Shown here piece by piece: positions 16,218 through 26,538 of a DNA stretch of 64,000 bases. The stretch lies in contig JAFSLP010000088.1 of the NCBI GenBank assembly GCA_017448345.1, forward strand, positions 859-64,858, written 5' to 3'. Positions within the stretch are counted from its first letter, which is position 1. The number at the start of each line of letters is the position of its first letter. The position numbers and the translations under genes are program-made. Source of the stretch: Paludibacteraceae bacterium (GTDB lineage: Bacteria > Bacteroidota > Bacteroidia > Bacteroidales > Paludibacteraceae). The notes beneath the pieces are model-generated. The model was not told the DNA's origin. It ran no database searches and saw only the letters and a list, made by a program, of their open reading frames with translations.

Positions 16218-17408
16218 ATGTTTGTTGAATACGAGGAACTATACAAGGCGTACCTTGATTGCAGAAAACACAAACGCGGCAGCGCCAACTGCCAAGCATT
16301 TGAAATAGACGTTACGAGGAACCTCTACTTGCTGTGGAAAGACCTCAATAACGGCACTTATAAAATAGGACGGTCGATAGCGTTCATCGTCCATCACCCG
16401 AAAGACAGAGAGGTGTTTGCTGCGGATTTCCGCGACAGGATAGTACACCATCTGATTATACGGAGACTTGAAAGACTGTTAGACGAGGAGTTTATCGAAG
16501 ACTCGTACTCATGCCGCAAGGGTAAAGGCACGCTCTATGGCATCCGTCGATGCGAAGAGCAGATGCGGGAGTGCAGCAATAACTTCACCGAGACCTGCTA
16601 CATTCTCAAAGGCGACCTGAAGAGTTTCTTCGTGACCATCTGCAAGAGCCTGCTGTATGCACGCATCTGCCGGATGATTGAGGAGAAAGGCGGTTATGAC
16701 GAGGAGACACAGAACTTCATGGAGCACATCATCAGTCTGATTGTGTTCAACCGTCCGCAAGACAACTGCATCTTCAAGCAACCGCTATCCGAATGGAGTT
16801 GTCTGCCCAAAGACAAGAGTCTGCGGTTCTGCGATGATGACCACGGTCTGCCGATAGGCAACCTGACAAGCCAGATATTTGCCAATCTGTTCCTGTCAGA
16901 CTTTGACCACTTTGTCAAGAAAGTATTAGGTTTCCTATACTACGGCAGGTATGTAGATGATTTCTACATCATCTGCAAGGACAAAGAGGCGTTGATACAA
17001 GCCATCGAGAAGATAAAGGCATACCTTGCGGAGATAGGTGTAACGCTGCACCCGAAGAAGATATACATTCAGGAGGTGAAGAAAGGCGTTCAGTTCCTCG
17101 GTCAGAACATCAAACCGTTCGGTACGCTGATAGCGAGAAAGTCCATTGGCAACCTGTGTGCCAAGTTGTATGATTTCAACCGCTTCGTGATGTGGCACGA
17201 GACGAACGAAAAGGACATTGACCGCAGGGATATGGAGTATATCATCAGCAGTATCAACTCGTACTACGGTTATATGCGTCAAGCAAAGAGTTACAAGGAG
17301 CGCAAGAAAGTAGCGCACTCGCAAGTGATACAACCGCTACTGGACTATGCACACTTTGACAAAGACTATACAAAACTGATTATTAACGATTGCAAACAAG
17401 CAGCTTAA
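16218..17408 (+). CDS. DGR reverse transcriptase (396 aa from the ATG at 16218)
   Basis: It has the YVDD catalytic motif (GRYVDDFYII) and LPIGNLTSQIFANLFL, the DGR-RT signature I/LGxxxSQ. It lies immediately downstream of the TR. The ORF-track TTG at 16170 overlaps the TR end and is unlikely to be the start. Confidence 0.9.
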   Translation: MFVEYEELYKAYLDCRKHKRGSANCQAFEIDVTRNLYLLWKDLNNGTYKIGRSIAFIVHHPKDREVFAADFRDRIVHHLIIRRLERLLDEEFIEDSYSCRKGKGTLYGIRRCEEQMRECSNNFTETCYILKGDLKSFFVTICKSLLYARICRMIEEKGGYDEETQNFMEHIISLIVFNRPQDNCIFKQPLSEWSCLPKDKSLRFCDDDHGLPIGNLTSQIFANLFLSDFDHFVKKVLGFLYYGRYVDDFYIICKDKEALIQAIEKIKAYLAEIGVTLHPKKIYIQEVKKGVQFLGQNIKPFGTLIARKSIGNLCAKLYDFNRFVMWHETNEKDIDRRDMEYIISSINSYYGYMRQAKSYKERKKVAHSQVIQPLLDYAHFDKDYTKLIINDCKQAA

Positions 17409-17410
17409 AA

Positions 17411-17701
17411 ATGGAAACGAAAGCAGAACGGTGTCGCGTACACAAGATTGTTGCTATTATCCTGTCAGCCACAGCGACATTACTGATTATCGCGGGGTTC
17501 TTTGTTCCACCGATGGGTAAGATTGACGGCTCGGTGTTACAGGGCGCGGGGGAGATTATCGGCATGATAAGCATCTTCTTCGCATGGGATAACATCAGCG
17601 CGGCCATTGAGAGAGGTGTAGGCATGAAATGGCAACACGGAAACACGAGTGTATCAACCACAGGTGGGAAGGAGGGAGAGCAAAACAATGGAACTGAATA
17701 A
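17411..17701 (+). CDS. Small membrane protein, holin-like (96 aa)
   Basis: Two hydrophobic helices (KIVAIILSATATLLIIAGFF, IIGMISIFFAW). It is the first gene of a lysis-like cluster. Confidence 0.4.
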   Translation: METKAERCRVHKIVAIILSATATLLIIAGFFVPPMGKIDGSVLQGAGEIIGMISIFFAWDNISAAIERGVGMKWQHGNTSVSTTGGKEGEQNNGTE

Positions 17702-18269
17702 AGGACATATCGCATTCGCAGTCGCATGCTTTGTTACCGGTGCCATCATCGGCGCAGGACTCCGCAGTTGTACGGTCAAACCGAGTGCGCCACCGGCGGA
17801 CCCAGTAGTGATACATGACACGGTGGAGGTTAGTAACCCGGCAGATATAGCCGCTCATACCAAGCCGAAGTATGTGATTAAGCACGACACTCTGTGGCTT
17901 CCGAAGCCCGTAAGCCCTTGTGACAGCACGGATTCTTTATGTGATGGCAGAGTAACGGACAGCATTCCGGTAGATATACCCATCACCTGCTATGAGTACC
18001 GCGACACGTTCAAGACGGATAGCAGTCGGATTGAGTTAGGTATAGAGTTTAGCGGCTATGACGCAAAGATAGATAATGTCGATTTGCAATACCAGTTCAC
18101 GGTTCAGCCCCGGACGATAGTGAAGAAGAAAGGATGGGGGCAGTTCATAGGAGTTGGTATTGGAGTCGGCTACGGCGCATCATTCGTAGGCGGTTCGATG
18201 GGTACGCGAGTTTATGCGGCACCGGAAGTAGGCATACATGTCACGTATGGCTGGGGGTACCATTGGTAA
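17688..18269 (+). CDS. Membrane-anchored protein of the lysis-like cluster (193 aa from the ATG at 17688)
   Basis: It has an N-terminal TM helix (IAFAVACFVTGAIIGAGL) and a Gly/aromatic-rich beta-like C-terminus. It overlaps the previous gene by 14 nt. Confidence 0.35.
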   Translation: MELNKGHIAFAVACFVTGAIIGAGLRSCTVKPSAPPADPVVIHDTVEVSNPADIAAHTKPKYVIKHDTLWLPKPVSPCDSTDSLCDGRVTDSIPVDIPITCYEYRDTFKTDSSRIELGIEFSGYDAKIDNVDLQYQFTVQPRTIVKKKGWGQFIGVGIGVGYGASFVGGSMGTRVYAAPEVGIHVTYGWGYHW

Positions 18270-18294
18270 GTTGAAAGTTGAAAGGAATTAGGAT

Positions 18295-18768
18295 ATGACT
18301 AAACAAGAGTTGATTGCTTCCAGTAAAAAGGGAGACAAGTTACTGGTTATTCTGAAACGTATCGTGTTCACGGCGAAGAGCACGATAGGCGAGTTATGGG
18401 CAAACGGTGTATTCTTCCACCATACGCTTGAAGATTTCGACCGAGGTCTGCACCAATGGATGACGGAAAAGGAAATCGAAGCTATCAAGGTATATGGCAA
18501 GACGGCTATTCCTCGCGGCATGTACCATTGCAAAATGACCTACTCGCCCCGGTTTGGGAAGATGATGGTTGAGATATTGAGCGTCAAATGCTTCGGCGGT
18601 GTGCGTATGCACGCAGGAAACAAGGCGGAAGATACGGAAGGATGTCCGTTGCATGGCGACTATGACAAGAAGAAACCCGATTGGGTAAGCAACAGCCGTG
18701 TGCGGTGCGAGGAGTTCAACCAACTGGTCGAGAAAGTGGGCGGAGAGTTTGATTTGATAGTGTGCTGA
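18295..18768 (+). CDS. Candidate endolysin / cell-wall hydrolase (DUF5675-like, 157 aa)
   Basis: It sits next to the holin-like genes. The motif GVRMHAGNKAEDTEGCPLHGD resembles the conserved core of a family I recall from phage lysis modules. This is unverified. Confidence 0.35.
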   Translation: MTKQELIASSKKGDKLLVILKRIVFTAKSTIGELWANGVFFHHTLEDFDRGLHQWMTEKEIEAIKVYGKTAIPRGMYHCKMTYSPRFGKMMVEILSVKCFGGVRMHAGNKAEDTEGCPLHGDYDKKKPDWVSNSRVRCEEFNQLVEKVGGEFDLIVC

Positions 18769-18769
18769 T

Positions 18770-19126
18770 ATGGAAAAGGTAGTTATACGCGGTAAGATAC
18801 CGAGCAAGGCGAACTGCTACAAGGTGATTACGATATGCGGTCACGGTTCGTTGGGCAAGACGGAGGCGATAAAGGAGTACGAGCGTGCTTTCTTTCTGCA
18901 ATGTCCGCTGCGTGACAAAATGATAAGCGGTTATTTCAAACTGACGGTGGATGTATTCTACGAGAACATGCGCCCGGACTTGGATAACTGCCTGAAAGTG
19001 CTGCTGGACTGCCTGCAACAATGCCGGGCAATCAAGAACGACCGCAACTGCGTGGATATATGTGCGCGTAAGCTGATTGATAAAGCCGACCCGCGCATCG
19101 AGTTCACGATAGAAGAGATTATCTGA
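18770..19126 (+). CDS. rusA: RusA-family Holliday junction resolvase (118 aa)
   Basis: IPSKANCYK, PDLDNCLKVLLDCL...IKNDRNCVDI and RIEFTIEEI align with the E. coli RusA motifs PPSNNRYY, RDLDNLQKAAFDAL...LDDAQVVDY and RLELTITEM. Confidence 0.8.
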   Translation: MEKVVIRGKIPSKANCYKVITICGHGSLGKTEAIKEYERAFFLQCPLRDKMISGYFKLTVDVFYENMRPDLDNCLKVLLDCLQQCRAIKNDRNCVDICARKLIDKADPRIEFTIEEII

Positions 19127-19127
19127 T

Positions 19128-21161
19128 ATGCATTTCGTCATAGATGATATAATTGAAGAGAACAAGCGACGCTTGCAGGTGTTTGCTACTGAGTACAACC
19201 CCATCACAGGTGAGGGTTGTGACAGTTGTGAGCGTCTGCCATTCAAGGCTAATGAACTTGGTTACGACTGGCTTGTTCCGTTCGACTGCTATGACGAAAA
19301 GATATTCCGTGACATTCGTTCATGCGACGGCAGCATCCGGGAGTACTTGCACCGGCTCGGTCTGCGCTATACGAGAGTCAATCTGGAGGAGGTTCGCCGC
19401 GAGATAATCAAAGCGCGTTGCCGCCATGACTTCGAGTACTGCGCGGCATCGTATTTCTATATCAAGGACAAGAATCCTCTCAACCCCAAAGACATCCTCT
19501 TCGTTCTCAATCGCGGTCAGCGACGGCTATTGAAGAAGATATATGCCTGTGACAAGTACGGCAAGCCTGTACGTGTCATTATTGTCAAGAGCCGTCAGAT
19601 AGGCTTTTCCACCCTCATCCAATTGTACATGGCATGGAAGCAACTCTTTGTGCTTGGTGCCGTGAACTCCGTTATTGTAGCACACGTTGAGAATACGGCG
19701 CGTATCATTCGCGGTATGTATTCCAAGATGCTGAACAAACTGCCGGTATGGTTGATTGGTAAGGAGAGCATGATAGACAAGTTGGCGCTCACTCCGTTCG
19801 AGCGAGGCAACAAAACGCTTATCGTCAAAGGGGTTGGATGCCGTATTACGATTGGTTCAGCCGAGAAGCCGAACAATATCGTCGGTGATGACATTCTGAT
19901 GGCTCACTTCTCCGAGGTAGGTCTATACAAGACCACACAGGGTATCAAGCCGGAGCAGTTGGTTCAGTCTATCATGGGTGGTATCTCCTATGCGCCGAAC
20001 ACGATGATATTCTACGAGAGTACCGCGCGTGGCGTAGGTAATTTCTTCCATACGGAGTGGCTTCATGCTACGACCGATGACCCGGTAGAGCGTTCCGTAT
20101 TCGACCCGCTGTTTGTGCCGTGGTTCGATGCAGACAATGACCGTTTGGCGATAGATGATTATACCGCGTTCATCAAGGGCATGAACGAGTACGAGCGATG
20201 GCTGTTTGAGATAGGCGCTACGCTTGAAGGCATCGCATGGTATCGTGATGCCAGCCGTCAGATGAAAGACCAATGGCGCTGGAAATCCGAGCGTCCATCC
20301 TCTGCCACCGAAGCATTCCAGACGTCCGGTCACCGTCTCTATCCGCAAGCGGATGTAGAGCGTCTGCGCAAGAACTGCCGCAAACCGATGTTTGTCGGTG
20401 ATGTATTCGGCAAGTCTGACTACGGGGATGATGCACTCAAAGATATAGAGTTCCGCGAAATGCGTGACGGTCCGCTGAAGATATGGTTCATGCCGGACGA
20501 CAATCCGGAAAAACAATGCAACGACCGGTATATTATCGTAGTCGATGTGGGAGGTACGTCCGACCACTCCGACCGCTCCGTTATATGTGTCTTCGACCGC
20601 TATGACATGGTGCATGGCGGTGTGCCTATCGTGGTGGCTGAATGGTGCGGCCATTGTCCGCACTATCAGTTGGCATGGAAATCGGTTCAGATGGCAACCA
20701 AGTACGGTCATGGACTGCTTGTGATAGAGAGTAATACGCTGGAGACGGAGCAGACAGAGGGCGTGTCCGGTGAATACGTGCTGGACGAAATTGCATTGCA
20801 CTACGACAACCTGTACTGCCGTATACCGCTGGATAAGATTAACATGGGCTTTGAGCCGAAATGGGGATTCCAGACAAACAAGAGTACGAAGCCGCGCGTC
20901 TGCAAGCACCAGCAGAAAGTGCTTGCCAAGGACATGTACATCGAGACCTGCAAGGAAGCGGCTGACGAACATGATTTCATGGAAATCAAACCCAACGGTA
21001 AAGCGATAGGCGCTATCGAGGGTCAGCATGACGACCGTCATATCACCCGTGCTATCGGAGTGTGGATTTGTTATGACGAGTTGAATATCCCCCGCAAGGC
21101 AAAACCTGTCACCCGAAAAGAGAAAGAAAAGATGAAAGTTGTAGGGCTTTCTACCATATAA
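19128..21161 (+). CDS. terL: Terminase large subunit (677 aa)
   Basis: It has the Walker-A-like KSRQIGFST (compare T4 gp17 SRQLGKT) and a C-terminal nuclease-like segment, IIVVDVGGTSDHSDRSVICVFD. The antisense ORF 19923-21041 is a shadow. Confidence 0.8.
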   Translation: MHFVIDDIIEENKRRLQVFATEYNPITGEGCDSCERLPFKANELGYDWLVPFDCYDEKIFRDIRSCDGSIREYLHRLGLRYTRVNLEEVRREIIKARCRHDFEYCAASYFYIKDKNPLNPKDILFVLNRGQRRLLKKIYACDKYGKPVRVIIVKSRQIGFSTLIQLYMAWKQLFVLGAVNSVIVAHVENTARIIRGMYSKMLNKLPVWLIGKESMIDKLALTPFERGNKTLIVKGVGCRITIGSAEKPNNIVGDDILMAHFSEVGLYKTTQGIKPEQLVQSIMGGISYAPNTMIFYESTARGVGNFFHTEWLHATTDDPVERSVFDPLFVPWFDADNDRLAIDDYTAFIKGMNEYERWLFEIGATLEGIAWYRDASRQMKDQWRWKSERPSSATEAFQTSGHRLYPQADVERLRKNCRKPMFVGDVFGKSDYGDDALKDIEFREMRDGPLKIWFMPDDNPEKQCNDRYIIVVDVGGTSDHSDRSVICVFDRYDMVHGGVPIVVAEWCGHCPHYQLAWKSVQMATKYGHGLLVIESNTLETEQTEGVSGEYVLDEIALHYDNLYCRIPLDKINMGFEPKWGFQTNKSTKPRVCKHQQKVLAKDMYIETCKEAADEHDFMEIKPNGKAIGAIEGQHDDRHITRAIGVWICYDELNIPRKAKPVTRKEKEKMKVVGLSTI

Positions 21162-21191
21162 AATTCAAGTTTTAACCATTACTGCAATCAC

Positions 21192-21215
21192 TTTGTTGAA
21201 AAAGCAGTAATTTTG
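21192..21215 (+). promoter_or_regulatory. Plus-strand promoter upstream of 21237
   Basis: The -7 box TAATTTTG at 21208-21215 lies in AGCAGTAATTTTGTAGCG, with TTTG at 21192-21195. An inverted TTACTGC...GCAGTAA lies around it. Confidence 0.45.
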
Positions 21216-21236
21216 TAGCGCAAATACTTTTTCGTT

Positions 21237-22262
21237 ATGACGAAACATACATTCATATTCCCAATAGCCGTTCTCAAAGAGAAAGTTGAGAAGCACACCA
21301 GTTACCTTGGTGTGATGCGCGGCGACAAAGACACTCCGAACTATGCGGACAGATTGTCATTGACAGAAGGTGAGAGTTTTTTGTCGGACGAGTACCTGGA
21401 AGAAGCAGCTGCGGAAACTTATCATTGGATAAAAGCGTTCGGCAAAAACATACAGGAGGCTTATAAGGTACATCCGGACTGCCAGCTGGTTCGGATTGAC
21501 GAGAACAACGGTGCCAAAATAACTGTCGGAGGCAAAGAGGTTATGCTTCCGTCTTCTGTTATTCCATTGACTCGCGATATGTACACCGCCGTTCAGAACC
21601 ATGCCGGTACTGTAACAGGGAATGTGATTGTCTATGATGTGAACATTCGCTTGCCTGAACTGCATTTCCAAGTCGGAAGAGCGACTGAACTGCGTGTAGA
21701 TGTAATAACGCATTACACCACGATTGCTGACGGTGTTTTTGAGGACAGTTGCACACAAACCGCCCATTGGAGTTTCACGGAGGACGAAATTCGTGATACA
21801 TATACGTTCGGAATCGGTGTGCTCCAGAATGATTTCCCGACGGAATTGAAAAGTATCGACAGCATAGAAATCGTGGTTGTCGATGGTATCACTCCCAAGT
21901 ATGAACTGGCAGTAGGTGACTATATCGAACTGACAACCATGAGCGGTCAGAAGCAGTACGGTATTGTGAAGACCGTAGTGGATGACACATATATTGCCGA
22001 GTGGCTTCCGATGGATATGCGCAACAGTATAGCGTTCAAGATAGACCTGCCCGAGTGGGCGGACGAGAACATGCTTCCGATAGCGAAGCGTCATCTTGAA
22101 GATGCGCTGGTTAATTATATCATCTACCGATGGTTCGAGACGGTCAATCCCAACGAAGCCGGAGGTTATTACGCGAAATGGGAGGACAAGGCGCATAAGG
22201 CGCAGTTGGCACTAAACACAGAGAAACGGATTCTACAACGCAGTTCTGACTGGCTGCACTAA
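21237..22262 (+). CDS. Hypothetical virion protein (341 aa)
   Basis: Clean ORF after terL. No motif recognised. Confidence 0.55.
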   Translation: MTKHTFIFPIAVLKEKVEKHTSYLGVMRGDKDTPNYADRLSLTEGESFLSDEYLEEAAAETYHWIKAFGKNIQEAYKVHPDCQLVRIDENNGAKITVGGKEVMLPSSVIPLTRDMYTAVQNHAGTVTGNVIVYDVNIRLPELHFQVGRATELRVDVITHYTTIADGVFEDSCTQTAHWSFTEDEIRDTYTFGIGVLQNDFPTELKSIDSIEIVVVDGITPKYELAVGDYIELTTMSGQKQYGIVKTVVDDTYIAEWLPMDMRNSIAFKIDLPEWADENMLPIAKRHLEDALVNYIIYRWFETVNPNEAGGYYAKWEDKAHKAQLALNTEKRILQRSSDWLH

Positions 22263-22272
22263 TCTATAAGAT

Positions 22273-25200
22273 ATGGAGTTTGAGGGCGAACACAGGAAGA
22301 TTGTTCTGCGCGGCATCGAGCGTCATGCCGCCAATGGAGTAATGCAGGACGGCGGTATGAATGAGGTAATCAATCTGATACCCCGTAACGGCAGTTATGT
22401 CGCCTACTCTCCGACGAACAGAGGTGACACGAAAGCCAATGACATAGTGATGGTGCGCATTCATCATACCACCACAGGCGACAATGTCATCGTTGTCAAG
22501 AAAAACAACTACCTTATCAACGGCAAGGATGCAAGCGAACATATTGAGGTGCTTCGCTACGACCAATGGGTGTCAAAGCACCACGGCAACTGCGCTATAC
22601 AAGTGCTGGAAACTATTACCGAGGAAAAGAAAGTGTACAAACAACGTACAGTCAAGGAGATAGTTTTCATCGGCAACCGCATGGATATCCTGACAGAAGA
22701 ATACGGTATTGAGCATTGGCTATGGAAAAACGGAGCCTATGAGAATGTAGATGACCTTGGTGCTCATACCAACGAGGACGGTGGTTTTAAACTGCCGAGC
22801 GTTGATTTCAAGGTACGCAGCGGTATCTTCGACGGAACGACCGTACATAGCGGCGCACGATACATCAAAAAATACGACAGTTATTTCCCAGACCCGTCTC
22901 CGTATTATGAGAACAAGACCGAAATGGCGAAGTTCGCATATACCGGCAAGGACACGCATGCCAACATGCTTGCGTTACTTGATGCCATCCGGTACCAAGG
23001 AGGCATAACGGGATATGTCTTGGTGGCTGCCGCCTATCGCAAGAAAGGCAGCACTCCGAGTAATCCGCAGTATATCATGGCCAGTCCGATAATGCTGATG
23101 GGTGCGCCGGAGATATACATGAAAGACGGTTTGTTCCGCAAAGTCGGTGATGATGATATCAAAAAGCCAGACAAGACCTATCTGCTTGACCGATGTGTTT
23201 ATACGGACCGTGCAGGACAAGAACGATGCTATAATGAGTTATTCGACATGGTTGATACAGACAGTAATGATGTGACTACCATGCCGGAAGGTTCTCATGT
23301 CACATTGGACTGGACCAATGACAGCTGTATTATGCGTCAGATACAATCCATAGATGTTGATAGCTATACGGTTTCCTATAACAGCGATTCCAAGCAGGTA
23401 TTGGTCACTACATCCAACACCGCACTTCGTCCGCCTGCCGTTTACAGTCAGATATATGCCTTGTTCAATCACGGTAGTTCCAATGGTGCGCGTACGGCAG
23501 CGGACGTGACCAATCGCGCAATCAGTATCAGTCACGCTACGGGCAATGTTCTCTCTATGCGCATCAATGGAGAGGTACTGGAGAAATACAGAGACGAAGT
23601 TGATAAACTCTGTGTGTTTATCTCCCCTGTCATCAGTCCGTACAAGCATACCGATTCTGCAGGTATTGTTATGCGGAGCACGTATAAGAGCCAACCGACC
23701 AAAGAGAATGCCTTTTTCTTCTGCGAAAAGCTGTGCTCCGGTTCATACAACATGCATAAATCAGGCTGTGCAGGTAGTTTCTTGCCGGAAATGAAGAGTG
23801 CTGATGAGATACGGAAAAGCATCCAAGATATAGCAGGCCTTTACACTAATGCGCAACTGACATTCGATGTTGAAACGCTTGAAAAGGACAAATGGATTGA
23901 TGTAAACCTGTCTGGTGGAATGTTGCAGAGCGACAGGCTTGTGCAACATGATGACACTATGATTAAGACAAGCGATATGATGCCTGTCAGCATTGTGACC
24001 GGTCATATCTTCGGTTACAACGAGCGCCTGCATGTGTTCAATTTCCAGAAGAAAGAAGTATATCGTCTTCCGTACAGTTCGCTGGCATACAATAACGGTG
24101 CCGGTCAATACAAAGCATATGACACCAACCATGTGCCATACGAATATGCGATTGAAATACGAGACAGCAAGGATAGCCTTGTTATATCCCATTTTACATG
24201 TGAATCGCCTGCTATTAATCCGCTGGTAGCCTACGGAGATACGGACACGAAGAGCATCCGAATTGTCAAGCGCTTTCAGAAAGGGAATAAATTATATGCA
24301 GGATATAAAGATTTCACGCCCATACCGTTTGCCGGTGTAGCTTGCGGTTATATTAGCACGACGTTAAAGCCGATAGACATAGCGGTTGAAGAAGTGAGCC
24401 TCCGTGACTACACGAATGCCTTCCGCGAAGAGAAAATAGAAGCAGACAGCAATGAATACGGGAAGAATGAAATCCGTGTTAGCGAGTTCGGTTCTGTCCT
24501 GTTCGAGCCATCCAAGAGTTACAGGGTTGGCAACGGTACAATCATTGCGCTTGCGCGTTTGTCTATGGGTTTGAGTCAGGACAACTGCGGCAAGTTCCCA
24601 TTGGTTATATTCTCAACCGACGGTATATACACACTTGGTGTCGATACATCCGGCGAAGGTGCGTATGCACAGCAGCCACCTCCCATAAGCCGTGTGATAT
24701 GCACGAATAAGAACGGTATCTGCGAATTGGACGGCGCCGTTCTATTCCCATCCGAATACGGACTGCATATGGTTACTACCGATGGTGTAAAGCCCATTGT
24801 GCTGCAAGCCAACGGTACGCCCAAGAACCTGCCTGACAGCGAGGCTGGTTTGGATGTATACAAGAGAGCCATATCCCATGACAAGATAGTACAGTTGTCA
24901 GGAGATATATCCTACGAGGATTTCCTTGACTATATCAATGCCGATGGAGGTGGTGAGACAGGAGAGGGTACGTACATTCGCTACCTGCATGCCATCAACT
25001 CCGTAGTTATTTACAACCGCCGCAAGCCTTATTCCTATATGGTTGAACTGGGCAGTTGGCTTGTGACCAAGTTGGAACAACGCATCTTGTTTGATGACAA
25101 TGATTTCCCGAAGCAAACGTTTTGGGTATCTCCGCAACTTGAAGGAACGGTATCGGTAGAGCAAGATGTATATAACGCCGCTACAGGCGAGACGGAAAAG

Positions 25201-26487
25201 CGATGGGTTTCCCTTGCTGATGCCGTAAAAAGCATCAACGGTATGCAGTTGCTTATACAGAAGTTAATCAACGAAATCATCCAGTCGCTTAATGACAAAC
25301 TCGCAAGGACGAATGATAATATCGGTATCAGCGAAGACGCGCTTACTGCCAACCGTGCAGTAGAGGTGCTGCAATCCGGATATGACGAGAGTGTGTTTGC
25401 TGCGGATGGAACGACCAAGGCTATTGCTCTTGCAGGACTGGCAGACGAATATACTGCGCTGACTGACAATTTGGCAGAATTGCGTTCGACACATGCCAAG
25501 ATAGTAGCGGCACAGGCGGTTGATTTGAGTGCAGACTATATATCCGATGAGGATGAGAGCAAACTGACAGCCGTCGGACTGAAGAGCGTATCTGCCATGC
25601 TTCGCGGCATCAACATCAAGGAGGTGATTGAGCAGTTGGTTCAGGAAGAGGCAGCCAAACGATACGGACTGGTGGACTCCAATCTGCTGTTTGAGCATTT
25701 CGGAAGCGGAAAACTGATACTCGAAAAGCAAGGTGACTTATGGGTCAAAGGAGAACGTGCCTATACGGATGTTCAGTTGTCCGGCATAGGACTGCAAGTT
25801 GCCACCGAAGCGGAAAGCGGAATGCGCTATCGTATCGAGACTAAGCCCACCAACGCAATAGCCGTCCAGTTCGATTACAACACAGAGGACAAAGGTGTGC
25901 AGGTGTTATTACAGACACGTCCTATTTCGTTGGAAACTCCTTTCCTCAAATCATTTTACAGGATTGTGCTGCGAGGTGCGTTTGAGAAGAGTGATGATAT
26001 CACCGTGACATCCGAGAAGAAAAACAAGTTTCTCATCACAGACCGAATTACGCTTTCCAAGTACTGCGACGGCAAGGATGTGGTGCTCTACTATCGGAAA
26101 CATGCAGTCGTTACCAACTCCGGTAACACCACTACGACCATCTACAAATGGCAATGGGAGACGAAAGACGGAGAAGCAGTTGTGCTCAAAAACATCGGAC
26201 TGGCACAGGCATCCAGCATCAGTTCGGAGGACACGATTACCATTGCTGTTCACGAGCACTATGCCGGTCTATATATCTTCGGCAGTCTGGATGGTAACCA
26301 TTGGGATTTTCTGGAGGGAAAGGAGAGACTGCTATCCAATCACCGCTTCCATGATATAGGAGTCGAGACACACCGTGTCAGTTACCGGTATATCATGGTG
26401 GTGTTTGCCGCCACGCTATCGCAAGACAGTCATATAGACGGACTTGAAATGACAAGTAATGTAAAATATAGTAACAAACTAAAATAG
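22273..26487 (+). CDS. Large virion protein of unknown function (1404 aa)
   Basis: An uninterrupted 4.2-kb ORF in the structural operon. No motif recognised. Confidence 0.7.
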   Translation: MEFEGEHRKIVLRGIERHAANGVMQDGGMNEVINLIPRNGSYVAYSPTNRGDTKANDIVMVRIHHTTTGDNVIVVKKNNYLINGKDASEHIEVLRYDQWVSKHHGNCAIQVLETITEEKKVYKQRTVKEIVFIGNRMDILTEEYGIEHWLWKNGAYENVDDLGAHTNEDGGFKLPSVDFKVRSGIFDGTTVHSGARYIKKYDSYFPDPSPYYENKTEMAKFAYTGKDTHANMLALLDAIRYQGGITGYVLVAAAYRKKGSTPSNPQYIMASPIMLMGAPEIYMKDGLFRKVGDDDIKKPDKTYLLDRCVYTDRAGQERCYNELFDMVDTDSNDVTTMPEGSHVTLDWTNDSCIMRQIQSIDVDSYTVSYNSDSKQVLVTTSNTALRPPAVYSQIYALFNHGSSNGARTAADVTNRAISISHATGNVLSMRINGEVLEKYRDEVDKLCVFISPVISPYKHTDSAGIVMRSTYKSQPTKENAFFFCEKLCSGSYNMHKSGCAGSFLPEMKSADEIRKSIQDIAGLYTNAQLTFDVETLEKDKWIDVNLSGGMLQSDRLVQHDDTMIKTSDMMPVSIVTGHIFGYNERLHVFNFQKKEVYRLPYSSLAYNNGAGQYKAYDTNHVPYEYAIEIRDSKDSLVISHFTCESPAINPLVAYGDTDTKSIRIVKRFQKGNKLYAGYKDFTPIPFAGVACGYISTTLKPIDIAVEEVSLRDYTNAFREEKIEADSNEYGKNEIRVSEFGSVLFEPSKSYRVGNGTIIALARLSMGLSQDNCGKFPLVIFSTDGIYTLGVDTSGEGAYAQQPPPISRVICTNKNGICELDGAVLFPSEYGLHMVTTDGVKPIVLQANGTPKNLPDSEAGLDVYKRAISHDKIVQLSGDISYEDFLDYINADGGGETGEGTYIRYLHAINSVVIYNRRKPYSYMVELGSWLVTKLEQRILFDDNDFPKQTFWVSPQLEGTVSVEQDVYNAATGETEKRWVSLADAVKSINGMQLLIQKLINEIIQSLNDKLARTNDNIGISEDALTANRAVEVLQSGYDESVFAADGTTKAIALAGLADEYTALTDNLAELRSTHAKIVAAQAVDLSADYISDEDESKLTAVGLKSVSAMLRGINIKEVIEQLVQEEAAKRYGLVDSNLLFEHFGSGKLILEKQGDLWVKGERAYTDVQLSGIGLQVATEAESGMRYRIETKPTNAIAVQFDYNTEDKGVQVLLQTRPISLETPFLKSFYRIVLRGAFEKSDDITVTSEKKNKFLITDRITLSKYCDGKDVVLYYRKHAVVTNSGNTTTTIYKWQWETKDGEAVVLKNIGLAQASSISSEDTITIAVHEHYAGLYIFGSLDGNHWDFLEGKERLLSNHRFHDIGVETHRVSYRYIMVVFAATLSQDSHIDGLEMTSNVKYSNKLK

Positions 26488-26538
26488 GAGGAAAGCCCCG
26501 TATTAACAGCAAGTATTATCAGCGCAGTAATAGCAGGT

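Noticed and set aside
15973-16308. 111-aa ORF encoding an Asn-rich peptide (…NNGNVNNNNKNNNN…)
   Set aside because: It is the DGR template repeat read in the VR frame, plus the start of the RT gene. The Asn run reflects AAC-rich template design, not a protein.
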